From NCBI GenBank assembly GCA_963837035.1, contig CAWIMH010000024.1, positions 26,385 through 90,384 of the forward strand: a DNA stretch of 64,000 nucleotides, in the 5' to 3' direction. The notes under the pieces are model-generated. The model did not search any database. It saw only the letters and a program-made list of their open reading frames with translations, and had not been told where the DNA came from. Positions within the stretch are counted from its first letter, which is position 1. The number at the start of each line of letters is the position of its first letter. Below, one piece after another: positions 30,366 through 38,815 of the stretch. The translations under genes and the position numbers were made by a program. This stretch comes from an uncultured Pseudomonadota bacterium (GTDB taxonomy: Bacteria; Desulfobacterota; Binatia; Binatales; Binataceae).

Positions 30366-30535
30366 GGGCAACTTGCTGACGCTACGGCTATGGTTGATAT
30401 GCACATCGACGGGCGGGCGCACATAAACCGCCGCACGATTCTCCTTGGGCAACTTACTGACGTCTAGCTACGGCTACGGTTGATTTGTCGTCGACGGACG
30501 GGCGCTTCATAAACCGCGGCAACGGCACGATTGCT
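30366..30535. repeat. imperfect tandem direct repeat, two units of ~80-90 nt
   Basis: Unit 1 is GGGCAACTTGCTGACGCTACGGCTATGGTTGAT...CATAAACCGCCGCACGATTCTCC. Unit 2 is GGGCAACTTACTGACGTCTAGCTACGGCTACGGTTGAT...CATAAACCGCGGCAACGGCACGATTGCTC. The repeat ends at the stop codon of the cobA/hemD gene. Confidence 0.55.
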
Positions 30536-32082
30536 CAAGTGCGAGCTGGGAAGTACGCCTGGAAGTACGCAACGATCGCGTCGATCAGCGCGTCCACCGT
30601 GTATTCCGCTGGACAGACGACGACCTCGAAGCCCTCGTGGCGCGCGGTCTCGGCCGTGATCGGACCAATCACCGCCGCTTTTAACCGGGGTGGTATCGCA
30701 CCCACGAGCTCGCGAAAATTCGTCACTGTGCTCGAGCTGGTGAAGGTCACGAGGTCGACCGCGCCATCGGCAACTACTGCCCGAATCCTCGAGATATCGG
30801 CGTGCTCTGGCTTCACGGTCTGATAGGCGGGCGCAACCACCACTTCCGCCGCACCTTCTTTGCGAAGCAGATCTGGCAAGGCCTCGCGCGCGACCGCGGC
30901 TCGCGGAATCAGAATCCGAGCGCCTGCAATACGCGATGCACCGATTGCTTCAAGGATCGCCTCGGCGCGATATTCCGTCGGCATGGCCTCGACCTTCAGC
31001 GCATGGCTCCGTACGCACGCCGCGGTCGCAGGCCCGATCGCGGCGATCGCGGCGTGCGCCAATTCTCTGAGATCGCAGTCGCGTTGTCGCAGCCGATCGA
31101 CGAACGCGCTTACGCCGGTGGCGCTGGTGAAGACGATCCAATCGAAGACGCCGATCCGTGCGATTGCTTCGTCCAGCGCGGCGTAACTCACCGGGGGCAC
31201 GGTTTCGATGGTCGGGAACTCGATTGCCTCGGCGCCCATCAGGCGAAGCCGCTCGGCCAACTCCGCCCCATTGGCGGCTGCACGCGTTATCACTATCTGG
31301 CGTCCGAACAGCGGCAGTTGTTCGAACCATTGCAAATCCGTGCGCAGCCGTACGCATTCGCCCACCACGATTATGGCCGGCGCCGCGATACCCTCGCGCG
31401 CCGCTGCTTCCGAAAGCGTGCCGATGGTCGCGAGCGCGGTCCTTTGCGCCGCGGTCGTGCCCCACTGGATCGCAGCGGCTGGCGTGTCCGCCGCAAGTCC
31501 TGCGCTGATCAATCGCTCGAGGTTGCGACGCAACCGTGCCGTCCCCATCAGCATGACCAGGGTACCGCCCCGCGCCGCACGCGCGCTTTCATCCCAACGT
31601 GCAGCCGCCGCGGGATTTTTGGCGAAGTCGTCATGGCCCGTTAGAAACGTCACGGACGACGCGTGTTCCCGATGCGTTAGTGGAATACCGGCGAACGCTG
31701 GCGCGGCGATCGCGGACGTTACCCCGGGAACCACCTCGAACGGCACTCCCGCTGCCGCCAGTGCCGCGGCCTCTTCGCCGCCTCGCCCGAAGATGAAGGG
31801 GTCGCCGCCTTTGAGACGCACTACGATTTTGCCCGCTCGCGCTCGATCGACCAGGATTTGATTGATCTCGCCCTGTTCGAGTTCGCGGCCGCTACCGCCT
31901 CGTTTGCCTGCGAAGACCATTTCGGCGTGGGCGGGAACCGCAGCGACCACGCCTGGGCTGACCAGGGAATCGTAAACGACCACTTGCGCACGGCGCATCA
32001 CGGCGGCCGCTCGCAGCGTGATCAGATCAGGCGCACCCGGACCCGCTCCGACCAGGTAGACCCTGCCCGGGCAGCTACTCAC
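30535..32082 (-). CDS. bifunctional uroporphyrinogen-III C-methyltransferase / uroporphyrinogen-III synthase
   Basis: Intact 515 aa. The N-terminal tetrapyrrole methylase domain has VYLVGAGPGAPDLITLRA. The C-terminal HemD-like half has QIVITRAAANGAELAERL and VTFTSSSTVTNF. Confidence 0.85.
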   Translation of the reverse strand: MSSCPGRVYLVGAGPGAPDLITLRAAAVMRRAQVVVYDSLVSPGVVAAVPAHAEMVFAGKRGGSGRELEQGEINQILVDRARAGKIVVRLKGGDPFIFGRGGEEAAALAAAGVPFEVVPGVTSAIAAPAFAGIPLTHREHASSVTFLTGHDDFAKNPAAAARWDESARAARGGTLVMLMGTARLRRNLERLISAGLAADTPAAAIQWGTTAAQRTALATIGTLSEAAAREGIAAPAIIVVGECVRLRTDLQWFEQLPLFGRQIVITRAAANGAELAERLRLMGAEAIEFPTIETVPPVSYAALDEAIARIGVFDWIVFTSATGVSAFVDRLRQRDCDLRELAHAAIAAIGPATAACVRSHALKVEAMPTEYRAEAILEAIGASRIAGARILIPRAAVAREALPDLLRKEGAAEVVVAPAYQTVKPEHADISRIRAVVADGAVDLVTFTSSSTVTNFRELVGAIPPRLKAAVIGPITAETARHEGFEVVVCPAEYTVDALIDAIVAYFQAYFPART

Positions 32083-33058
32083 GCCCGATCATCTCAGCCG
32101 CACCCTGATCGAGCATCCGGCGCCCGAGCTTCGCGCCCAATGCAGCCGCAAACCGGGTGGCTCCGTTATTTTCCGTGGCAGCGGCGGCGCCGCTCAGCTG
32201 ATGGGGCGCCGCGATCTCGTCGGCCAGGCTCCGCGCTCCGTCCACGCTGAACAGCAGCGCGCGCAAGCGCAAGTGATCAGACCCGACCGTTCCTTTGACT
32301 CCGACCGGAGAGACGCACGACGCACCGATCGTCGCCAGAAACGATCGTTCCGCCGTCACCTCCGCCATCGTGCGCAGGTCGTTGAGTGCCGCAACTGCGT
32401 TTTCGAGTTCGTCGGACTTGCCGATCCGTTGCCCCGCGAGCGCTTCGATCGCCAGCGCACCCTGTCCGCCGGCCGGCACGAAGTCGCTGTCGTCCAGTTC
32501 GACCAATTTGTACCCATCGCGCCGGTCCAACCGGATTAACCCTGCCATCGCCAGAATAATCCCGTCGAAATCACCGCCGTGAAGCCGCTTAAGCCGTGTA
32601 TCGACATTGCCGCGCAGCGCCGCCACTGCAAGGTCCGGGCGCAGCCGCAGGGCCTCCAGCCGCCGGCGCGGCGAGGAGGTTCCGAGCCGTGCTCCCGGCG
32701 CCAGTGAGCTCCATCCGCTGCCTGCCCGCGTGACCAGCGCGTCGCGCGGATTTTCCCGCTCAGGTACGGCCACGATCCGGTACGACGCCGAGAGCGCCGC
32801 CGGCAAGTCTTTCATCGAGTGGACCGCGATATCGATTCGGTGGCTGCTGAGCGCCTGCTCGAGCTCCCGAATAAAAAGTCCCTTGCCGCCAACCTGGGCC
32901 AGCGATCCCCTCGTCATCCGGTCACCCGTCGTGCTGATCGCGATGATCTCTGCCGTGAGACCTCTCACGGCTCGTTCGAGGCTGTCCTTTATCAGTCCGG
33001 CCTGCACCATGGCGAGTGCGCTCGGTCGCGAACCGATCCGAAGCTTCGACGGCATCAC
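32075..33058 (-). CDS. hemC: hydroxymethylbilane synthase (porphobilinogen deaminase)
   Basis: Intact 327 aa with LRIGSRPSALAMVQA, ISTTGDR and the C-terminal cofactor-Cys region GASCVSPVG. Confidence 0.9.
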   Translation of the reverse strand: MMPSKLRIGSRPSALAMVQAGLIKDSLERAVRGLTAEIIAISTTGDRMTRGSLAQVGGKGLFIRELEQALSSHRIDIAVHSMKDLPAALSASYRIVAVPERENPRDALVTRAGSGWSSLAPGARLGTSSPRRRLEALRLRPDLAVAALRGNVDTRLKRLHGGDFDGIILAMAGLIRLDRRDGYKLVELDDSDFVPAGGQGALAIEALAGQRIGKSDELENAVAALNDLRTMAEVTAERSFLATIGASCVSPVGVKGTVGSDHLRLRALLFSVDGARSLADEIAAPHQLSGAAAATENNGATRFAAALGAKLGRRMLDQGAAEMIGRE

Positions 33059-33077
33059 ACTTTGCCGGCGCGACGCA

Positions 33078-34387
33078 TCAGAAGTCCTCGTCGTCCTCGC
33101 CGTCGTCAGGAAGCGCCAGGGGGTCGGGTTCTACCGCAGTCAACAGGCGTCGAGCGATTTCGGCGGTATAGAGCCCGTCTGCTGGAGGTGCCTCGCGCAA
33201 TCCCGAAAGTATCCGATGCAGCAACTTATTGACGATACCTCGGGTCAGCCCTTCGATCCGTTGGCGCGCTTGCGGATCCAGGGTTGCGAGCCAAGCGCGA
33301 TGGCGCGTCAGTTCGCCATCACGAAGTTCTTCGATGCTCGCCCGGATATCCTTTATCGCCGGCACTAGGTCGAGTCCCTCCAGCCACCTCATGAATGAAT
33401 CGACTTCGAGCTCAACGATGGTCTCGGCTTTCTGCGCTTCCCGCTCACGCTCATCGCGCGATTCCATCACCACCGAGCTCAGGTCGTCGATATCGTATAG
33501 ATAGACGTTTTCGATGGCGTTCAACCGTGCGTCGAAGTTGCGTGGGACGCCAAGGTCGATCAGGAACATCGGCCGGTACCGCCGCTCGCGCACGATCATT
33601 TCGAACTCTTCTGGACCGAGCACCGGCCGGCTCACCGCCAGCGATGCAATCACGATGTCCGCCAGCTTCAGATACGGTTTGTAGTTGTCGAAAGGTACCG
33701 CCGTGCCGCCCAATTGACGGGCGAGACCCACGGCATGGTCAAAGGTGCGGCTGGTGATAAGCAGCGATTGGACTCCCAGGCGCTTGAGGTTGCGCGCTGC
33801 CAGTTCGGCCATCTTGCCGGCGCCCATCAGCATCACCGTCTTGTCGTTCAGCGTGTCGAAGATTTTCCCCGCCAGGCTTACTGCTGCTGAACTTACCGAA
33901 ACCGCGCCATGGCCGATGAGCGTTGCGCTTGCGCACCCGCTTGGCCGACCGAAAAAGCCTTGTGGAACGCGCGATGTAGCACCAGCCCGGCACTTCCTGC
34001 GGCGGCCGCCTGCGCGTAGGCGAGCTTGATCTGGCCGAGAATTTGCGGCTCGCCCGACGACCATCGAGTCGAGGCTCGCGCCGACGCGGAACAGATGGCG
34101 GCGCGGCGGCCCGGGCTCGTAGCGGTAGAGCAGGCTGGGAAAGCGCGCCAGGCTCGACCGCGCGATCGGTGGCAAGGAACTCGGCAGCCTCCTGCTGCGG
34201 CGCGCCGCCGCGTCGGTGGTCAGGCCACATCACTTCGACCCGATTGCAGGTCGAGAAGCAGTGCAGTCTCGTGCATCGCGGCGGAAGCTGCTTGAGCCGC
34301 GTCAGCGCGCGCACGATTTCGTCATCGCCATACGCCAGGCGCTCCCGCACGCGCGACCGCCGCCGTCCGATGATTCACGCCGACCAT
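33078..34387 (-). CDS. hemA: glutamyl-tRNA reductase; N-terminal third frameshifted
   Basis: MVGVNHRTA at 34387, STCNRVEV in ORF 33739-34350, and Rossmann VMLMGAGKMAELAARNL with the dimerisation domain in ORF 33078-34175. Confidence 0.8.
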
Positions 34388-34427
34388 GAACAGCGTCCGA
34401 TCCGTCGTACTGGCCAAACTTCGCGCG

Positions 34428-35254
34428 CTAGCCAAAACTGCCCCCATGTTTGCCCGGATTGAGCAGGCTCACGCCGACGAACGAGCCGACTAACACCGTC
34501 AAAACCACAATCGTCAGAGCCGCGACCCGCCGCCCGCGCCAGCCCACGGTCAGCCGGGATTCCAACAGCCCCGCATACATCAGCCAGATGATCAACGACC
34601 AGGATTCCTGCGGTTCCCACGACCAGAAGTGGCCCCATGTGGCGTCCGCCCAAATCGCGCCGGTGATAATCGCGAGCTAAGCATCAGGAAGCCCCAGCCC
34701 AGCAGGCGATAGTTGATCCGATCGAGCTTTTCCAGGCTGGGAGCGCGCTCGTCAGCCGGCGCCAGCGGCCGTTTGGCCTTCAGCCGTCGCTCGAAAACCA
34801 GATAGACGAAGCTGACAGCCGCGGCGAGCACGAACAGAGCGTAGCCCAAAAACGCCATGGTCACGTGCACCGGAAGCCATGCGCTACGCAGGGTTACCGG
34901 GACCACCATTCGCCCCTGCTTCATCATCATGGTGGCCACGGCGAGCAGGATCCATACGATCGGCGCCACATATGCCCCGATCACTGCCATCCTGAACCGC
35001 AAAATAAGTCCAACTCCGGCTAGTGCCGTGAGCCACGCCAGGAACGCCAATGACTCCGGAAAATTTACTACCGGGACAGTGCCCGCTTCTACGCCGCTGA
35101 AGGCGAAGTTCGCGGTCTGTACCAATACTCCCGCGCCAAGCAGCGCCGTAGCGATCATGCTCCATCGAGCGGCCCGCTTGACGCGATCTAAAAGAAAAGC
35201 CGCGGCAGCGAGCCCGTAGCAAAACAGCGCCGGCAAATACCAGATTGCGTTCAT
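34428..35254 (-). CDS. cytochrome c assembly protein CcsA-like (HemX-type, hemA-associated); frameshift near 34675
   Basis: Polytopic membrane ORF 34592-35254. The Trp-rich motif IWADATWGHFWSWEPQESWSLIIWL and the C-terminus are read in a shifted frame ending at 34428. Confidence 0.7.
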
Positions 35255-35952
35255 TCCGGATCGTAAACGTCGCCCACGGTCGCAGTCGCGAATCGTGCCG
35301 GATCGAAGCCGAGATCGGAAAGCGTGCAGCCGAGATGAAGCGCCATAAGTTGATCGGCCGCCCGGTAATCCCTGATTCTTAGGTATTCGCGCAAATCCGA
35401 ACGGACCAGTTCTTCAAGGATTCGCGCGCGCACCGGGGCTTCAGGTTCGCTACGCCGAAGCCTGCGGCGCGCCGCCGCCAGGATCTGCGCGAGGAATCCA
35501 TACTCGGGACCAAATCGAAGCTCCAGTTCCTCGCGCAGCGATTTGGCCAATGAAGGGCTGGCTCCGCCGGTCGAAACCGCGATCTGCAGATCACCTCGTT
35601 TCACCACCGAGGGGGCGATAAACGAGCAAAGATCTGGGCGATCCTCCACGTTTATCGGAATTCCTAGTTCGCGCGCTTCCGCCGCCGCCTCCCGTCCAAC
35701 GTCCGGATCCGTCGTAGCGACATATACCAGGACAAAGTCTCGCAGAGCGCCATGCGCATATTCAAGCGCGAGATGCCGCAGCGCCCCAAATTCAGCCAAC
35801 GCAGCAATCCCGGTACCGGGGTCCCGCGTAATTACGCTCACTTTTGCGCCAGCCTCGATCAGGGCACGAGCCCTGCGGGCCGCGGTCTCGCCCCCGCCGA
35901 TAACGAGGCATGGGCGCGCACTTACATCAAGAAAAAGCGGGATGAAGCCCAT
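35251..35952 (-). CDS. precorrin-2 dehydrogenase / sirohydrochlorin ferrochelatase (SirC / CysG N-terminal type)
   Basis: MGFIPLFLDVSARPCLVIGGGETAARRARALIEAGAKVSVI Rossmann fold and ...LQIAVSTGGASPSLA. Confidence 0.75.
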   Translation of the reverse strand: MGFIPLFLDVSARPCLVIGGGETAARRARALIEAGAKVSVITRDPGTGIAALAEFGALRHLALEYAHGALRDFVLVYVATTDPDVGREAAAEARELGIPINVEDRPDLCSFIAPSVVKRGDLQIAVSTGGASPSLAKSLREELELRFGPEYGFLAQILAAARRRLRRSEPEAPVRARILEELVRSDLREYLRIRDYRAADQLMALHLGCTLSDLGFDPARFATATVGDVYDPE

Positions 35953-36098
35953 CTGACCAACGATCCTACAACTATGAAAATTTGCAAGCGCCAAGTCCAA
36001 TTATTGCTGTAGCCGTGCGTATGTCTTTTACTTATCAACATGACAATTGCTCGCGCGTACATGCAGATGGGCCACCGAGCCGATAACTGGGTCTGAGG

Positions 36099-36473
36099 AT
36101 GCTGCAGGCCCTGAATCATACGCGCTCGACGATACTCTGTGCGCGGCTCGAAGATGCGGGTGGTGTCGCCGGTCAGAGCCGCGGGCTGCTCGGGCGAGAC
36201 CGATTCGCACCGGGCGACGGGATGCTTTTCGTACGCGCGCGCTTCGATCCGTTTATGTGGATGCACATGTTTTTCATGCGCTTCCCTATCGATATCGTCT
36301 TCCTCGGCCGAGATTCCCGCGTGGTTCGCATAAACCAGAGGCTTAGGCCCTGGCGGGTGTCTTCGGTGGTTTTCGCTGCGCGTTCGGCCCTCGAACTCGC
36401 TGCCGGTGAAGTGACAAGAAGCGGCACGAGGGTGGGGGATCTCATCACTATCGAAGAGGCTCCACTTCATTAG
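36099..36473 (+). CDS. DUF192 domain protein
   Basis: GLLGR...GDGMLF, FPIDIVFLGRD and ALELAAG follow the DUF192 (COG1430) pattern. Confidence 0.65.
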   Translation: MLQALNHTRSTILCARLEDAGGVAGQSRGLLGRDRFAPGDGMLFVRARFDPFMWMHMFFMRFPIDIVFLGRDSRVVRINQRLRPWRVSSVVFAARSALELAAGEVTRSGTRVGDLITIEEAPLH

Positions 36474-36651
36474 CAAGTTTAGCCTGTTTGGAAACGATGC
36501 TGCTAATGCCGCCTGCTGACTAATCAAAGTTTTTCGCGACAATTTCGCCTTAATTGGGAGCCAGGTTGCGTCTGCGCAACGAGGCGTTGCAAGACCAGCC
36601 CCTTTTTGCCGCGATCATGTGGAAAATATCGATTCCGCAAGGACTGACAAT

Positions 36652-36667
36652 TGGCACGAGAGATGCC
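36652..36667 (+). promoter_or_regulatory. sigma-54 (-24/-12) promoter candidate
   Basis: TGGCACGAGAGATGCC against consensus TGGCACG-N4-TTGCW, with correct GG/GC spacing. It lies in the 1.1-kb ORF-poor leader upstream of cpaB. A sigma-54 activator is encoded at 45749-47230. Confidence 0.45.
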
Positions 36668-37637
36668 CTTGGGGGCGTGAACGCAGTTTTTTAAACCACG
36701 ATTTATGAGGCCAAAGACTGGTACACGGAAAGAAAGGTGGTTTAAATCAGCCTAAGGTGGAAAAGGTCAGGTTTGATGAAAATTGCTTGACTCTCAGCCA
36801 GTTTCATCCTTAGAATCCTACCTGACACGGAGAGAGTGTTATTAGAATGAATGACGAGATCGTAAATTCTCAGGACGTTTCTCGCAGTTGTTTGACGCTA
36901 CAAAAGATAGAATTACGCCTAGCACCTAGGCATAAATTGAAAGGTCTCTGAAATTCGGGAGTCAGTCCTCAATCATGTTTTGCGACTGCAGATAAGCTGT
37001 CGGCCGCCGAGAAGTTTGACCGATAACCTATCGACAGGTGCCTGACCGGACTGTGCAGAGAAGATCAAAGTGGGGGGCGATTGGCAGCGAAGATTTTCCA
37101 AACATCAGGACAAAGTTTGTGCTATCGTCGGTTCTGCTGTGAATCGGATGAAACGTGGTGAAAACGGGAGATACGGCTGCGCACTTGACGTTTTGCCTGA
37201 TTTGATTATTTTCTCGACGACGTGCGGCGCTTAACGGGGCTCAAAAGCTGAACATGTTTCCGAACCGACTTAAAGCGGGTCACGAAGCGTCATTTGGAGC
37301 CACGGGAATTGGAAAACGGCGGAGGGGGAAGAAATTCTCGCGGTGACAACGAAATGAGCGCTACGAGTGACGACGCTTCGCTACACGTATCGAACAGCTT
37401 CGCGAGAACTCTCTCGCATCTCCTGTCATACAGATTTCTTGGCTGGACCTCGGCTGAGGTCTTGATGGTCCCTGTCGTGGCGCCGATCACTCTTTTCAGG
37501 GGACGACGCGCGTTTCTGCGCGCTCTCCGCCAGGCCAGGGTTCAAAGCTTAGAAACCGCAATGTCTGGGTGATGCGGTATTGGCAGTTCTCACGTCAACC
37601 TGCCGGAAAACGGGCAGTTGTCGAGGGGGAGGAATAG

Positions 37638-38780
37638 ATGAGACGACCGATCATTTTCGTCTTGCTCGCAGGAGTCGCCGCGCTCGTGGCCGCGCTGGTC
37701 GTGTACTCCGCTCTAAAAAAGCGCGAGGCCGAGGTTCAGCAGGCGATGGTCAAAAGCATTCAGATCGTGGTCGCCAACCACGATTTGGGCATTGGCACGA
37801 AGCTCGATGCCGGTGCGGTCAAGATGGTGCGCTGGTCGCGAGACTCGGTTCCGCCTGGCGCGTTCACCGACGCCGCGTCGGTGATGAACCAGTACACCAA
37901 GACCAGCTTCGTTCAGAACGAACCGGTCGTGGCCGACCGCCTCTTCAGCGGCGATAAGAATGCCGGAGTACTGCCGTTGCTGATTCCTTCGGGAATGCGC
38001 GCGATGTCGGTGCCGGTGGACGAAGTCAGCGATATCGCGGGCTTCGTTTTGCCGCATACACGGGTTGACGTGTTGGTGGCCGTGTCCTCCGGCGGCGGCT
38101 CTGGTGACAAACCCTTTTCCAAGATCGTCTTGCAGAACGTCGAGGTCTTGGCGATTGCGCAGGATATCGAGCAGGTAGGCGACAAAGCCCAGCCGGTCAA
38201 GGTCGTCACTTTGCTGGTTTCGCCTGAGGAGGCGGAACGCCTGGCTCTGGCCAGCCGCGAAGGCACCTTGCGACTCGCCATGCGCAACTACGACGATACC
38301 AAGATCGTTATGACCAACGGTGTCGACGTAGCTCAGATGCTCCGTTCTTACGGTGGGCCACAGCCCTCGATGCCTGTGATGGAAGCGCAGCATATTGCGC
38401 CACGCGCCGCGCAGGGCCCACGGGGCAACCCGATCGAGGTCGAGATTCTACGCAACGGCAAGAGCACCGAAAACATCTCGTTCATTCGCAGCGGTGGTGC
38501 ATCCAAGCACGCCCCTATGGAGGCGGCGCCCAGTGGCACTTCGAGCAAAGCCGACTCTCCCGACAAGATGGCAGCGGCGGATTCTTCCGATAGTTCGCCG
38601 GCCGAGAGCTCGCACGGGATGAAGGCGCGCGCCGGGAAGACCGCTACGGCGGATGTTGGCGTACCGAGCGTTGCCAGCGGGCATAGTTTCGGTGTCGTTG
38701 GCATCCCGGCTCCAATGACGCCCGATGCGGGTCCGGCTATCTTCGGCCAGCCGCATTCAAAGACCATCGACGTTCCCTGA
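37638..38780 (+). CDS. cpaB: Flp pilus assembly protein CpaB/RcpC
   Basis: RBS GGGGGAGG, N-terminal TM IIFVLLAGVAALVAALVVY, SAF-like IQIVVANHDLGIGTKLDAGAVKMVRW and an RcpC domain. The ~100-aa C-terminal tail is Ser/Ala-rich. Confidence 0.85.
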   Translation: MRRPIIFVLLAGVAALVAALVVYSALKKREAEVQQAMVKSIQIVVANHDLGIGTKLDAGAVKMVRWSRDSVPPGAFTDAASVMNQYTKTSFVQNEPVVADRLFSGDKNAGVLPLLIPSGMRAMSVPVDEVSDIAGFVLPHTRVDVLVAVSSGGGSGDKPFSKIVLQNVEVLAIAQDIEQVGDKAQPVKVVTLLVSPEEAERLALASREGTLRLAMRNYDDTKIVMTNGVDVAQMLRSYGGPQPSMPVMEAQHIAPRAAQGPRGNPIEVEILRNGKSTENISFIRSGGASKHAPMEAAPSGTSSKADSPDKMAAADSSDSSPAESSHGMKARAGKTATADVGVPSVASGHSFGVVGIPAPMTPDAGPAIFGQPHSKTIDVP

Positions 38781-38815
38781 CTACGACCGGAAAGAGGGGA
38801 GGAGCACAAAGAAAA

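Noticed and set aside
36474-37637. A conventional Flp pilin gene in the leader upstream of cpaB.
   Set aside because: I translated all small ORFs on both strands by eye. None has the Flp leader-cleavage motif and hydrophobic helix (G/XXXXEY...). MKIA* at 36776 stops after 4 codons, and shifting frame does not give a pilin-like sequence.
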